From positions 61,504,001 to 61,568,000 of the forward strand of contig NC_043006.1 of the NCBI RefSeq assembly GCF_006345805.1: a DNA stretch of 64,000 nt, written 5' to 3'. Positions within the stretch are counted from its first letter, which is position 1. Every line of letters starts with the position of its first letter. Positions 1 through 13,905 of the stretch are shown in pieces. The stretch comes from Octopus sinensis (lineage: Eukaryota). Position numbers and translations under genes: made by a program. The notes under the pieces were generated by a model. That model did not search any database. It was not told the origin of the DNA and saw only the letters and a program-made list of their open reading frames with translations.

Positions 1-893
1 CATACGGGTATATATAAATGTTATTATATAATAAAATACTTATATCATGTTTGCATTAAAGTTTCCATTAAAGGTAGAATAGATACCATAAGCTTTATTA
101 ATAATGATGCGACTGGTTCTCTCTCATTACAATATACTCAGAACAGAGATATCACTTTCTCCAAATTTATTAATAGCTAAATAATGCATATGACTACAAA
201 ACATTGGATTTAGCAGCTGTGAGTATTTCCAACATGTTACATTGAAATATAAACCTCATAATTCTTAACCGGCATGCCATTCCAAGACATACAGCATTGT
301 TCAAATATAAACAGGTGCTGCAACGCAAAACGTATGAATATTTGTGCAGTTTGAGATGAATACCACTGCTGTTAAATCGATCGGCAAAACTAGGCAGGAC
401 ACTATTTTGAAAAGTTGTTGCCATCCTGACAGAAATTACGATTAAGCATAAACACACTGACATACACATTGAGATATACACAAACGTAGATTGTGTATAT
501 CTTAGGGTGCATGTCGAAGTTCTTTTTGTGCCGAGGAAGGTAAGAACCAGAAACCGGTTCACATATATACCTGTTCCATTAAATATATAGCTTTATGATA
601 TAATTGTATGTGAGAGATCTTTTTCGGTTCGCTCGCCCGTATACTGTTGTATCTTATTTTCAGTGTAATTTTTGGTGGTCCAAATGGAGGTTTTAACTTA
701 TTTCTAGCGGGCAGACACTTAAATGTGTCCTTTGATTACTATAATTTTAATTCTATAGCTAGATAACACTTATTTACGCCTGCCAACACTTATATTGGTA
801 TTGTTGTTATTATGAACACCTTGTATTGATTTCGATAATAATAACAATACTAGTATCTATATAAATATTCGATCCTAAATATTTTTGCTGCTG

Positions 894-900
<7 letters not shown>

Positions 901-957
<57 letters not shown>

Positions 958-991
958 GCACACACATATATATATATACACACACACACAT

Positions 992-1030
<39 letters not shown>

Positions 1031-1032
1031 CA
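901..1032. repeat. Compound (CA)n/(TA)n microsatellite
   Basis: Alternating CA and TA dinucleotide runs read directly. Confidence 0.95.
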
Positions 1033-1332
1033 CATATTAATATATTAGCGACATAGCCACTAGTAATAACGAGAAGTAATATTTATACGCATTTAAAGGT
1101 GGGTGTTCTATTACAACAAACTATACTGCGGTAGTTTGGATGAGAGATAATCTTATATTTGTTGTTGGGTGTCAAATGCACTTCTATTTCTATCACTACC
1201 GGGGAAATGAATCCCCCACTGCTACCAGCACCGAGACCACTAGTTTTGTCAATGATGAGAACACGCCCGCTAGAGGCAGCAGTGATTCCTTTCACCTCCA
1301 GCATTATATAGATTGACAGTGAAGCATGGATA

Positions 1333-1640
1333 GGTGCAGGCTTGACTGTGTGATAAGCAGCTTGCTTTCCATGCAAATGGTTCCAGGTACAGTCCCACTT
1401 GGACAAGTGTACTTTGCTATATCCTCGGGCCGATCAAATCATTGTGAGTGGATTTGGAAGACGAAAACTGAAAAACCCGTCGTATATGTGTCTGTGTGCG
1501 CACGCGAGCATATTTACACGTGTGTCTCGTTGTGTCCCTGTTTTTTTACCACAAGCACCAGTAGGATAATCTCTAAATTTCCAATCAACAGAGAGAACTT
1601 CAAATAGTGCGTCCCCCCCAGCAATGGCAAGGAGACACTT
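1333..1640 (+). mobile_element. Decayed tRNA-derived SINE (family with internal microsatellite)
   Basis: Head GGTGCAGGCTTGACTGTGTGATAAGCAGCTTGCTT...GGTTCCAGGTACAGTCCCACT matches the in-window head at 42634. It is followed by CCTCGGGCCGATCAAATCATTGTGAGTGGATTTGG and a GT-rich tract, as in a common octopus SINE as I recall it. The 3' limit is approximate. Confidence 0.7.
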
Positions 1641-2499
1641 GCAGAGCCCAGTCCTGCACAGAAAAGGTAAGATGATTTTGTTGAAACCTCCATTTCACCT
1701 AGAAGTTTCAATTAACATATCTGGGAGCTTCTTGCCGTTGATTAAAAAGCATTCCTAGAGGCCATAAGTACAATAAACATTTCAACATCTACATCAATAT
1801 TTTCAACTTCTGCTTGGACACATCGAACGCTACAATAGGGGCAAGCGTACACTTACATACCTTCCCGTCAATAGAGCACCATGTAACGAGCAAAATCGTA
1901 CCCACTGCCCCACTGAGTGCATTCTGCCCATCAAGGTCTGTGGTCTACAGAGCCACCTTCACACCGCGACTATGTCATCCTATGTTTATAGACAGGCTGA
2001 AGCAAAGAAAGAATTCAAGGAATAAATGTGGTGTACCGACAGAGAAAGGTAAAGAAGAATGGGGAGATGGTAGAGAAAGAGAAATAGAAGGAATGTGCTG
2101 CTAGCATGGCTAAGTGTTAAGTGGGGACTTAATCATAATAAGGAGAGATTATAGACTTCGTGAAATTGAAAAAATGGAGTAAAATTTGTATTTTCATGAA
2201 AATATTCAGTCATAGGACCTATTGAATAATGAGAAGTTAGAGCAGCAAAGGATTGAGAGCGACTCTCTTGACCGAAATTTGCAAGCAGGGTGGTAAGTTC
2301 TGTATAGCGAAAACTCGAAAACAACGAATTAGGATAAGGTATAAGTAACATTTCGGGTCTTGAAGTTGGGCATATATCTTGCGATGGTGGTGGAGAGTCT
2401 AGTGGCTCAATTTTAAAACGAACTCAGATGAACCCGGTAGCGGGGCCTGAAGTCAACACTGTCGCCAATAGACCGTAGCTTGGTGGGACCGTGGTATTA

Positions 2500-2966
2500 T
2501 TACCCGGCGTTTATATACTATATTATAGAACAAGCAAAAACAATCCTAAGGACAAAACTGGAAATCCAGGCAATTTCAGGTTTTCGTAGCAACAGTGAAC
2601 TCATCCTCAATCCCTATTCTGCTCCGGTTTTATGTGTGTTATCCTCAAAGATGGTGGTAGGTGTTATTATCATTAGTGTTAAGTTGAGGGAGAGAGTCAC
2701 TGCTGTTATATATGGTCAGATTTCTAATAGTATGGGTGGTATTACCCGGCGTGTATATACTACATTAGGGAACAAACAAAAACAGTCCAAAGGACAAACC
2801 GGGGAATTTGGGCAATTTCAGATTTTCCTACCAGCAGTGAGCTTATGATCAATCCGTATTCTACTCCGGTTCATATGTTCGTTATCCTCAAAGAAGGGCG
2901 GTAGATGTTATTATTATTAATGTTAAGCTGTTATATATGGTCAGATTGCTAGTAGTATGGGTGGTA
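2500..2966. repeat. Diverged tandem duplication, ~242 bp period, 2 copies
   Basis: TTACCCGGCGT starts at 2500 and 2742. Both units end TATATGGTCAGATT..TAGTATGGGTGGTA. The second unit lacks the ~17 bp GAGGGAGAGAGTCACT stretch. Confidence 0.85.
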
Positions 2967-3815
2967 GTACCAGGGTTGCAATTATTGAGATGGGTAGGTT
3001 TCCCAAGAATTGCAGTATTATTATTGGGTGGGTTGGGACGGTGTCCAGTTGAGCACATCGTAGGATGCGCCTATTAGGGGATGCATTATATTTTGCTGTG
3101 GAGACGAGGAGATTTAAAACGAATATTTATTAAAGATTCGGTAGTATTTATGTTGTGGTGGTATGTTGGAGCTATGATTTGAATAGAGAATGGTGGTGCA
3201 AACAATCAGATCTCCCACTTAGAAGGGGGTGATGTGATGGGCAGTCCTACTTTATAAGGTTTTAGGTTATTCAGTCTTAGAGGTAGCCGGAAATTCGCAC
3301 GAGTAATGGGCATAGGAAATTTAGTTGGAGTTTGATGGGATGAGGATCGGTAGAATCAAGCCTGGAGGTTTCAGGATTTGCACTGAGAAAGAAAATAGCA
3401 AGTCAGATTTTAGTTTGGTTTTGGGGATATAAAAGGTCTTCGCGAAACCGCTGATCTGGAGAGCTTGGGTATAGCAAAGGGCATGATTATTAAATATATA
3501 CTCATTTGCTGATGGGTTAAAATCCTGTTCGAAATACCAGTGATAATGCCATCAAAGGTAAATGCAGTGTGATTGGATAGGGCATTGATATATTGTAGTG
3601 ACCCATTTGGTTTATGGTGTAGGCATATAGTCTCGTATGTAGGTAGACAGTGACATACAAGAAGTTAGATAGTTTGGTCCTATTCACGAGTGGGATAGAA
3701 ATATTAATTATTAAAGAATTTATAGAGGGACTAATTCGACGGGATTTCATATATTTCTTTTATGAAGATTCATTCTCACCACTCAGGTTGACTCGAAGCT
3801 AGAGAAATCACTTTA

Positions 3816-4860
3816 CGAGGGGTGTTAATTACGGATTTCCTCTGAACCATTTCTTAAGGACTGCGATAAACGAAACTTTACATAGTTATTAGCCCTTCTC
3901 TACATAATTACCACCAGTAGTGACACACTTCTACCATCGCTTTTGCAGTTGTGAAGACCTCGTCGTCTGTAGACGTTGGTAGGTTGTGTCAGGAGCCAAG
4001 ACTTTAACTCGGTAATACGTTCATCAAATGCTTCCCTTTCAAAAAAGACTTCTTGGTTGCAAAGAGGTGGGAGTCAGAAGCTGTGATGTCGGGAGAGTAA
4101 GAGTGATGAGGAAGGATTTCATAGCTGAAGGAGTGTGCTTTCATCTGAGCAACATGCGAATGGTGAACTGAGGCGCTGTCCTGGTGGGTGCGGACTCCTT
4201 TGGTCAGTATGGCACGCTTCTCTGCTTTGATAGTGTCCCGCTATTTCTACAGCAGCGAAGCATAATATTTCCCGTTAATTGTGGTGCCCTTTACCAGAAA
4301 ATCCATTATCACTACCAGTCCAAAAGGCTGTGAACATCACCGTGCCTGCTGAATGTAGGACATGACCCATTTTAGAGGTGGTGAGTTATCATGCTTCCAT
4401 TACTTCGACTGGACCTAAGCCTCAGGATCATAGTAATGGACCCACTTTTCATCCTCTGTGATAAGTCTGCTCAAAAAGCACTCCACATTTCCTTGGACCA
4501 TTGCCAAAAGAATCTGGGATCAATTGACTCCTTCCTGCTTCTGAAGAGGTTTGAGCATCCATGGAATGTGTCATGCAGACAGCTTCCACATCTGCAAGTG
4601 GTCGCCTATGATTTTTTCCACGGACTCTACACTTGTTTTCACTTCTTGGATTAACTGCCAAATGTTTATGCGAGGATCCTCAAAATGGCAACTTCCACTT
4701 TATGAATGAGGTCCTCATCAATGGCGGAATGTGGTCATCCAGGAATAGGAGAAGTATCCACCAATGTCCGACTACATTGGAACTGGCGATGTCATTGCTT
4801 GACTACGTTGTATGATGGTGCATCATCACCATAACTTCTTTTTCAACTCATCGAAAGTCT
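3816..4860 (-). mobile_element. Mariner transposon remnant (disrupted transposase, one TIR)
   Basis: Minus-strand translation gives YGDDAPSYNVVKQ, LITEDEKWVHYYDPE, GTTINGKYYASLL, HQDSASVH and EILPHHSYSPDITASDSHLF with stops and frameshifts. TA|CGAGGGGTG terminus at 3814-3824. The other end is not found. Confidence 0.9.
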
Positions 4861-7800
4861 CTTTTAGTTTACAACATTTCAATTATAAGAAATATTATAG
4901 TTCTTATACTTATATTTAATCGTATTATACTTCCGAGTGCATATTTAATAACATTTTGAGGTTTAGGAATGGATATTTTTGTGTGGTATCTTCGGCATGT
5001 GTATTTGTGTATAATCTCGAGTGAACCAAAACGTTGTGAAATGACTTCGATGAATACTGTGTGGAATACTGTCGCAGATATAGATTTTGCCAGTAAAATG
5101 CCTGGCTTTGTGTCGTTTTGTTTCTGCTTCAGTGTTGCGTTAAGTGTAAACGTGTCCATGGCATCATCTACCACGTACCTCTGTTGAGCTAGTGTTTAAG
5201 GTGAACAACAAAATAATCATTGTCAAAACTGGGAATCATCACAATTCACATAGAGATTATAAATTCTCTAATAGTTATATTAGTCCATGTAAGTTCAGAA
5301 AGCTCTTCTGAGCAATTTACGTTTAATTGTACATATAATTAGAGGTTTTTAATTCAGCTTTGAGAAAATGTCAAAAAACGCTAAAACGCACAGAAAACAA
5401 CTGTTTCCAAGAATAAACCGAACTACTGAATGTGGCCTCTTTCATCATTCGTTCATCTTAAGAGCAGCTATGAAAGTATTAAACTCAACGCAAAGTTCTA
5501 GTGGTTGTTGTTGACGCCATTGATATTGGGAAATATTTTAAGGTGTTGAACGTGCTATGTTGAACACACAGCAGCTAATCTGGATAATCTTGAATAACAG
5601 TGTTGAAATGTCATTTGTTTTAGGTGTGATCTGATGGTCCTCGCTGTTACAGCTGTTCTACTTTCCCTAATCTACTATATTCCATCAATACTATATCTAG
5701 TAGTGATCAGCAAGACTAAAGCTTCGGAGAAAGAGCCAGTGATACCCGTTAGAGCTTATCCTGGTTGACTAGAGACTGTTGTATCCCTTCAATAAATGAT
5801 AGCTGTTTTATTATCAATTATTGTTATTCGTGCTTTGAACCAATTAGGATCACTGCCACTAGAAAAAGAAACTGCCCTGATCTTGCAACCAATCTTTCTG
5901 ATTCTATTCAGGCAAACATTTTCAACGAAGTAGTTGAATTTGTTAGTATAGCATTTAAATTAAATGGCCAGTTAGTCCAAATACTGGTGTTGCACGCAAC
6001 TGCGTTGGTGTTGGTGAGGGATGTGATTTAGATTTTAATGAAATAGTTGTTATAACTGATTGACTCACATAGAATGCAATTTTATGAAAAGCGTATCTAG
6101 AACGAATACTAGATATTGAGAAAATAGTGTATCCACTATTCGGATCCAAAACAGGATATTATAAGCACAACTGTTGATGGGAGTATTTTTGGAATATGAT
6201 TGGGGATGGTAATATTAGATATTTATTAGAGACTTATTTGGTATGATCGATGAAAATTATTCCAAAGACAACTTGTTTGTGAAGGTAATCAAAATATGTA
6301 TGTGGGTTGTATGCATGTTTGTGTATACGTAACGAGTTTATGATTATACCTTAGCATCATTCTGTAAATTAGGAGATATTCAGTAGATTTACTGTGGGTT
6401 CTCTTTTCTGTGTAGCCATTGAACTTTGGAACGTATCAGGGCGGATGGCAATTAATTAACGCGGTTATATTTTTCCAAAAGTTCTCGGAATAAGTGAATA
6501 TAGTTGTAACCGGCAATTGAAGTCACTTGGAATATAAATTTCCAGGAGATTAATCCTATGAAGAAATTAATTGAAGGGTAATAACCTATTTGAAATTAAT
6601 GAGTTGACAGAATTTAAAACGTTTTTCTATATATTTTGATATTTATTTTCTAAGTGACTGTCAATACGTTTCCTGTTGCAATTCACCTTATTCGTGCCAC
6701 AAATTCTGAATAACGTCAAGTGTTAATAAAGCAATATTTTGAAAGTATAAAATTCATTTCAATAACTATCTGTTGCTATTCATTTCATTTACATGTAATA
6801 GCGGCCAATTCTAGTAATATAATTTTCTGGATCATGTAGCTTTTCAGAGATTAATATAAAAACCGGATACGTTCTGTATTTTATCATATGACACATGACT
6901 GAATAACATTAAAAATCTCAACCGATTTATTTTAATAGTCCCTATATATGTTGGATGTTACGGTTATAAAACAACTTCTAAATATGGATGGATATCAAAA
7001 TCATACTTGGAATGTTCACTAAGATGAAACAAGTTCGAATGTTACACTTTCAACAACCTTAACAATGCAATGAGACGGGTTTCATAATTGAAATTTTAAT
7101 TATTATGGAACATGTTTGAATGTTTCGTTTTTAATGAGCGAAACTTTGTAACGAATAATGTTATTAAGATATATAGATAGAAGAACATTAAAAGGTCGAA
7201 TTTCCATGAGACATCGAGTTAAAACAATTTTAAATATGTCTCGTGGACATGGAATTATTCGTTCGGATCAGTGTTGGTATACTCAACTATAAGAAATTGC
7301 TTGTTATCCGAATCAGAATTTTAGTAATATATCCTTCATCAAACTGGTTATATGAGTCCGTTTTTACATTGTAGTTGCCTAAATATAGTCTCTTCATAGG
7401 TAAAATCGAACCACATAACTCTATTAATTCCTGTGCACCAATAAACATGTCATACAATAAATGTATGACATATAGTCGTACACTAAGTAGAGATGAAATG
7501 AAAATGGTATGAATCGGATGGGGCTTCAGTGGAGTTGATTTGCGGTTTGAATATATATGAAACACATTGGGTTTTGTCTGCAAAAATAAATCGTCTGAGA
7601 AAAGGGTATGGACGTCTAGTGAGTGAATTTCTGATAAAATATATAAAACTATTTTTTATAGCCTGCTCTTAGATATAGTCTTGGTTATTAATAAATATAG
7701 TTCACATATTGTCACAGATTTAGAGTCAGTAAAATAATGTTGGCAATGACACCCAGATTTGGCTCTATACATAGATTAAAAAACGCACGTGTGTGTGCCC

Positions 7801-7895
7801 ACCCGTATATACACAGACATCTAGATGCTAATTTCTCGTATAGGAATTTAGTTGGTCAAACAACGAATTCCCATCGTCGAAACGTATATCTATTT

Positions 7896-8760
7896 CGCGC
7901 CGGACGAAATGTTTAGCGGTATTTCGTTTATTTTTGCCTTCAGAGTTCAACTTCCGCCGAGGTCAACTTTGCCTTCCATGCTTTCGGGGCCGATAAATTA
8001 AATACCAATTACGAACAGGGGTTGATCTAATCGACTGGTCCCCTCCTCCAAAACTTTCGGATCGTGTACCTAGAGTAGAAAAAATATTTACAATAATTAG
8101 AAGGCGGCGAGCTGCTAGGACCGTAGCACGCCGGGCGAAATGCTGGGTGGTATTTCGTCTGTTTTTGCGTTCAGAGTTCAAAATCCGCTGAGGTTGACTT
8201 TGCCTTCCATGCTTTCGGGGCAAATAAATTAAGTACCAGTTGTGTGCTGGGGTCGATGTAATCGGCTGATCCCTACACCAAAAGTCCGGGTCTTGTGCCT
8301 AATGTAGAAAAGAATATTTTAAAAACTTTATAGTGCGGCGTGCTGGTAGAAATGTTAGCTCGCTGGGCTAAATATTTAGTGGAATTTGACTCTACGTTCT
8401 GAGGTCAAATTCTGCCGAGGTTACTTCGCCTTTCATCCTTCCAGGGTCGATAAGTTAAGTACCAGTTGTGTACTGGTATCGATCTAATCGACTGGCCCCC
8501 TTCCCCAAAATTACGGGCCTTGTGTAAAGAGTATTTTTTATGGTGGCGTGCTGGCAGAAACGTTAGTACGCTGGACGAAATGCTTAGTGCTATTTCGTCT
8601 GTCTTTATGTAATGAGTTCAAATTTCGCCGAGGTTGACTTTGCTTTTAATCCTTTAGGGGGCGATAAATTAAGTGCCAGTTGCGTACTGGGGTCAGTCAA
8701 ATCGACTGGCCACATCCTCCAAAAAATTTGGGCCTTTAGCCTATAGTAGAAAATAATATA
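7896..8760 (+). mobile_element. Tandem array of four tRNA-derived SINEs with a Nin/Deu-like central domain
   Basis: Units at ~7896-8100, 8101-8332, 8333-8540 and 8541-8760. Each has the GGCGxGCTGGCAGAA..GTTAGCACGC..GCGAAATG head (5'-truncated in unit 1), GAGTTCAAATT (B box), GAGGTTGACTTTGCCTTCCAT..TCGGGG..GATAAATTAAGTACCAGTT and an A/T-rich tail. Confidence 0.9.
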
Positions 8761-10193
8761 TTTTAAACTTTAAGTTACATTGCTGTATTTTCTTGTGAAT
8801 ACTTAACTTTCCTGAGGAAAAATAATTTCATTTGATTGATATCTTACAATTGAAATTGCACTTGTATCACACAGGCAAAATTATGATATTGTACTGATAC
8901 GTTACACACAACATATCTGTGCAAACGCAAAACACATTTTTAATTGACATGATTAACATGAGATGAGATATAGTGAACATGTGCCGATGATAATTATTCA
9001 TCTTGTACTAGATAGTCTATTTGATATTTGCTTTCACACATTTGAGTTTGAGTAAAATATTTCACTTCCTTTGCCATCTTGTCAATAATCATCATTGTTT
9101 AATCATTAATCTATAATAGTATCATTTCATTTCGTTCTATATTAATCAGTTCTCGGATATGATGAATATATCGCTAAAACACAATTAAAATTGCAATTTG
9201 CTTCTTAGATGTTTAATACTGTCATGTATTTTGTTCGGTGGAGAATTTATCACAACAATTATATAGGAATATTTATTTCGAAGTGACTGGTCCCATTTAA
9301 AATGAACTCTGCACTGAATTACGTTTTTCCTGCGGCACTAATATTTCACAACTAATGAAATACATTTGGTTTTACATGGTAATCTAAACCAACACCATAA
9401 ATACTATTCATACGTAACTCTTGTTTTAACCTACACTCAAATTTGTGCTTATACTTAAGCACGCAATCGTCCAGCGTAATGGAGCATTTTCTAAGATGTG
9501 TTACGATAACGCCCTGTCATAAACTATACTATAAATAGGTATTTCAGACTTAAGCTCAAGGACAGCAATATTGAGTGGCGAGGTAGGCAAAAACACTGAC
9601 TGGTGTGAAGCTCTAAACTATAATTGGTAAATTTGGCATCAGCTGGAACTAACACCGGAAGTTGCACCGAACACGTTATACAAACTACGAATTCTCAGGC
9701 CTAACCCTAAATAGTGTATTTACAATTTTTGCAATGACATAGGATTTACAATACCTGGATTTTTAAGAAGACCAGATTGAATATTTGTATATTAGATAGT
9801 TATATGTACGTGGATAATTAAAAATCAAAGAAACGTGGGATGGGTTTAAACCTTTTCCTTTCCGTATTAAAAAAAATTGATTATGTCTTTTAAAATAAAA
9901 TGGATATTAAAAGGCTGAACTATATAATGATGGAAAACAAAAAATAATCATGGTCTACTGCCCATCTAGAGATATTGTCTCAAATTGCATGTTTATTGTA
10001 GTTAAGATATCTGCTAACGAAACAATGAAAGCGGATTTAATACTGCTAAATGATTCTAAATGATGCTAAATGATGCTAAATGATCCCTATTGTATCCTTT
10101 CATTAGCCTATAACCAGTGAGCGTAATTTCTTAGAAACGGTGTTTAATCGAAGTTCCACAAAGCGAGGGCACACACACTAATACTCACACACG

Positions 10194-10283
<90 letters not shown>

Positions 10284-10979
10284 AATGAGGTAAGAATATG
10301 GACAGTTGATTATGATAATTCCTAACATGTTTTGAAGATTTTCATCTAATGTGAAGGAGATTTAACCAGTGAAACATTGGATTTATTAATGCCTAATGAG
10401 GACACGACATACTTGAAACGACTGTGTGTGTGTGTGTGTGGCACTGTATATTAAAACCATTCGCACCAAAGCCATATATATATATTTATATATGTACTGT
10501 TGAACCTTGAAAGGGGCATTAAGCCGGTAATAATAAATAATAAACACACGCACTGGTTCTGTCGTTTATTGCTATTGCTCAATATTGTTCGTGTTGCTAT
10601 TTGCTTTTTTTTTCTTTTTGTCAAATAATTATTTCATCGCACTGTTGTAATCTCTTTACTGACACGTCCCTCTATTTCTATTTCTTTTGAATTTATGTTC
10701 CAGCTTTGGGATTTCATCTGTCCCAGATGAGTATGTGAGTGTGTATATGTCTCTATATGTTTGTGTTTGTACGTAAGTGTGTGCATCAGTATGTGTCCGT
10801 GTGTACGTTTTAAATACTGGCTTATGTAATTTGTATATATACATAAGATAGTTTTGGTTTTCTCTATTATCTTCGCAAACGCACACGTTCGTCTATATGA
10901 CTTCTCCTTCAAAGACAGTTAAACCGTCTTCTTTGTTTCACAAATGTTGAATGAATTGATTACTATCTGTGCGTGAGTA

Positions 10980-11330
10980 TGAACATGCGTATGCATGAGC
11001 GTGTGTCGGTGTGTGTACGAGTGTGTGTATATGCGTTTGCGTGTCTATTTGTGTGAGAGCATATGTCTGTATCTCAGTGTGTCTTTATGTTTGTGTCCGT
11101 GTGTGTGTGTGTGTGTTCGTGCGTATGTTTGTGCGTTCGTATGTGTTTGTTTGTGTGTATATGTGTATGTGTGTACTTCTATATGCATGTTTCCTTGTGC
11201 ATGCGTATGCCTATGCGTGTGTATCCGTGTGGGCATGAAGGCTCGTGTCTATCCTTGTTGGTCTTTGCATGTGTGTGTATGTATGTGGTTACTTCCGTAC
11301 GTCTGTGTGTGTATGCATGAGTGCATCAAT
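10980..11330. repeat. Degenerate (GT)n-rich low-complexity tract
   Basis: Interrupted GT/GTAT/GTGC repeats; source of the CVCV/HTHT ORFs. Confidence 0.9.
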
Positions 11331-11506
11331 GGTTCTTTGTAATGCCTTTGTCTATTAAGAGTATTTACTATTCAAAACCGGTCGTGGTTCGTTTATGAAG
11401 ACTGACTGTCGTGTCTGTCTTAGCGATGCGTCGTCCAGTTTTCTAGGCAGGATTTCTATGCCAATCCGGTTCAGCACACCACCATGTTGTTCATTGTCGT
11501 GTATAT

Positions 11507-11550
<44 letters not shown>

Positions 11551-11789
11551 CATACAGAGTTGCATATATGTAAATATAGATATATGTATGCATACACACA
11601 TAATAAACATGTTTATATATTCCGATTATTCCAACAGATCACAATGTAATACATATAATCTTTGTATTGGCCTTTTGTGCCCCCTGATGATTTCTTATCC
11701 AATGTATGTTAAAATGAAAGGCTATATATTTATATGTTTTGTAGTTTTAATTTTGGTTGTGAAATGAAACAACCGTAGGTGAATATGTT

Positions 11790-12520
11790 CATTAATCAAT
11801 ACATTAATGTGTATCAATTAGATCTCTCCATTTTTATACTTAGTAATAACATTTGATAATTTCTGATATTATATGTAATATATTCATTGAAGAAATATCC
11901 AGTACTGTCTATTTTTCTTTGATTCCTGAAGTTCGATTCGTGGTTCGAAATTCTTCATTTGACCCAGTTTTGTGTACATCCGATATAATGACATTGTGAG
12001 AATTCTCTTTTATAATTGTTTCTTGGCATTATATATTTTTCCCTTTTACAATATCCGTCCCTATTACAAGTGTTTGGGTCTCTATAATTACAATTTTTAT
12101 GTGTGGATGATATGCTATTTCTTGACGTTGTTGATTTATATGGATTGTAACCATTATGAATATTTATATTGCTAATTGTACCATTCTCTTGTGGTTCATT
12201 ATTATTTTAGTATCTTCTAGGTTCAGCCTGTGTTATTTTTTTAAATGTTCATAGAATTGATCTAGTTTATTATTACGAAACGAAGATATTGTCCTGTGAA
12301 TGTTGAGGGAAACTAAAAATCCTAATCTGATATGTCTACTATTAAGTATTTTTATGTATCTATTATTTTTAATGTTTTTATTAATAATCCTTCTGATAGT
12401 TGTTATAAAGTTCAACTTTAATGTTCAGCACCAGAAGTTATTATCCAGGTTTATCATGGTCTACTTTGGTTGAGCATTGATTTGTATAGAAAAAGTCATT
12501 TTCTTCATACATGCTATTGA
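11790..12520 (-). mobile_element. Decayed Penelope-like element fragment (GIY-YIG endonuclease region)
   Basis: Minus strand ~12090-11900 translates NCNYRDPNTCNRDGYCKRE...CHYIGCTQNWVK*RISNHESNFRNQRKIDSTG, matching the CNC..C..G.C / YIG.T...K.R..NH..SF pattern of Penelope-like elements. Boundaries approximate. Confidence 0.65.
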
Positions 12521-13228
12521 TTTCTTTTGGACTATGTTTTTATTATCAGTATTAATTTTATTACTATGGTTATTCATATCATTATTGTAAGTCATCGTAC
12601 TCTGGTTATTATTTTTTTTATTTATTATCTTTATGTTCCTATGCTTATCTTTAATTATATATTTGCAGTTTACGCTATCAATATATTAAGGGTTATTTAC
12701 ATTAGTGTGGTTAGAATGGTGGTAATAATTCTAATGATTTTTATTCTTATTATGGACTTTATTTATTCCATAATGTTCATCATGCTTACGTTTAATGTTA
12801 ATATCATTATGATTTGTTTCTTTAACGTGATTGGTTTATGTATAACTAATATTGGGCGTTTTAATTGTGTGTTTATGAGGGTATACTGTTTCTCTCTATG
12901 TAATTAAGTCTTTGGTTTTAACATTATGCCTTATGTAATTATATTTAATATGATTTCTGTTACTATTGTAGTTTTGATTGTACTTAATTTCATATTTATA
13001 CCCTGCTTTCAAAAGTGCTATGAGGTAATAGTCGTTGTGTTTATTTTTCCTTTTCTTAATTTTTGCCGACCCAGATATTGACTTTCTGTATGAAACAATC
13101 GAATAAAAACAATTTCAATCCATTCAATACATATTAACATCTAATCTCCTCCATTTACAAAAAGCATGATTGAATTAGTTGAACACTGTTTCATAACTTA
13201 AATCATATACTTTATATTTATATATATA

Positions 13229-13284
<56 letters not shown>

Positions 13285-13655
13285 GTGTGTGTGTAAAATT
13301 ATGTGTATTATGTGAAATGATTTTATGGAAGACATCCCATAAAACTCAGTTAAAAATGGAGAAGACAAGTGGCTAAAATATATAAGAGAATCTTAATTCG
13401 TGCAGATGATCGTTCTGTACAGAAATATATGAATCATGCAAATTCATGATTGGATTGAATTAGATTAAATTAATTATATATATATCAATGCACTCTTCAG
13501 TGCAGGAAGCATAAACAAAATATGCAATCAAACTTGAGAAAGGAAACAGGAGAAGAATAGAATCTAAGAGATTCATATTTATCCTTATAAGAAAGAGATG
13601 TGAGTCAAGTTAGATATTAACGTGACTTACATCTATTGACGGTATATGCTGCAAG

Positions 13656-13905
13656 GCGGCGAGCTGGCAGAAACGTTAGCACGCCGGGCGAAATGCGTAG
13701 CCGTATTTCGTCTGCCGTTACGTTCTGAGTTCACATTCCGCCGAAGTCGACTTTGCCTTTCTACCTTTCGGGGTCGATTAAATAAGTACCAGTTACGCAC
13801 TGGGGTCGATTAAATAAGTACCAGTTACGCACTGGAGTCGATATAATCGACTTAATCCGTTAGTCTGTCCTTGTTTGTCCTCTCTGTGTTTAGTAAAGAA
13901 ATAGA
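13656..13905 (+). mobile_element. tRNA-derived Nin/Deu-domain SINE with 13-bp target-site duplication
   Basis: Same head and core as the 7.9-8.8 kb array. TATATGCTGCAAG flanks it at 13643-13655 and 13906-13918. Internal 32-bp tandem duplication at 13770-13833. Confidence 0.92.

Noticed and set aside
194-562. 122-aa minus-strand ORF
   Set aside because: No recognisable domain or splice context; compatible with chance in AT-rich DNA.
1592-1666. 75-bp candidate exon (CAG|...AAAG|GTAAGA)
   Set aside because: It overlaps the probable SINE tail, the peptides are unrecognisable, and I found no partner exons.
3760-3815. SDFSSFES polymerase motif-A-like peptide on the minus strand
   Set aside because: Flanked by stops with no downstream motifs B or C.
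5800-5950. Tudor-like WFKARITII peptide on the minus strand
   Set aside because: Short, bounded by stops, no acceptor site and no DYG motif.
9548-9582. 35-bp candidate micro-exon (TTTCAG|...GAG|GTAGGC; LKLKDSNIEWR)
   Set aside because: Weak polypyrimidine tract and no supporting exons; needs RNA-seq.
10345-10425. Two hammerhead-like strings (CTAATG..GAAAC)
   Set aside because: Core G5 is mutated and the stems cannot be paired convincingly.
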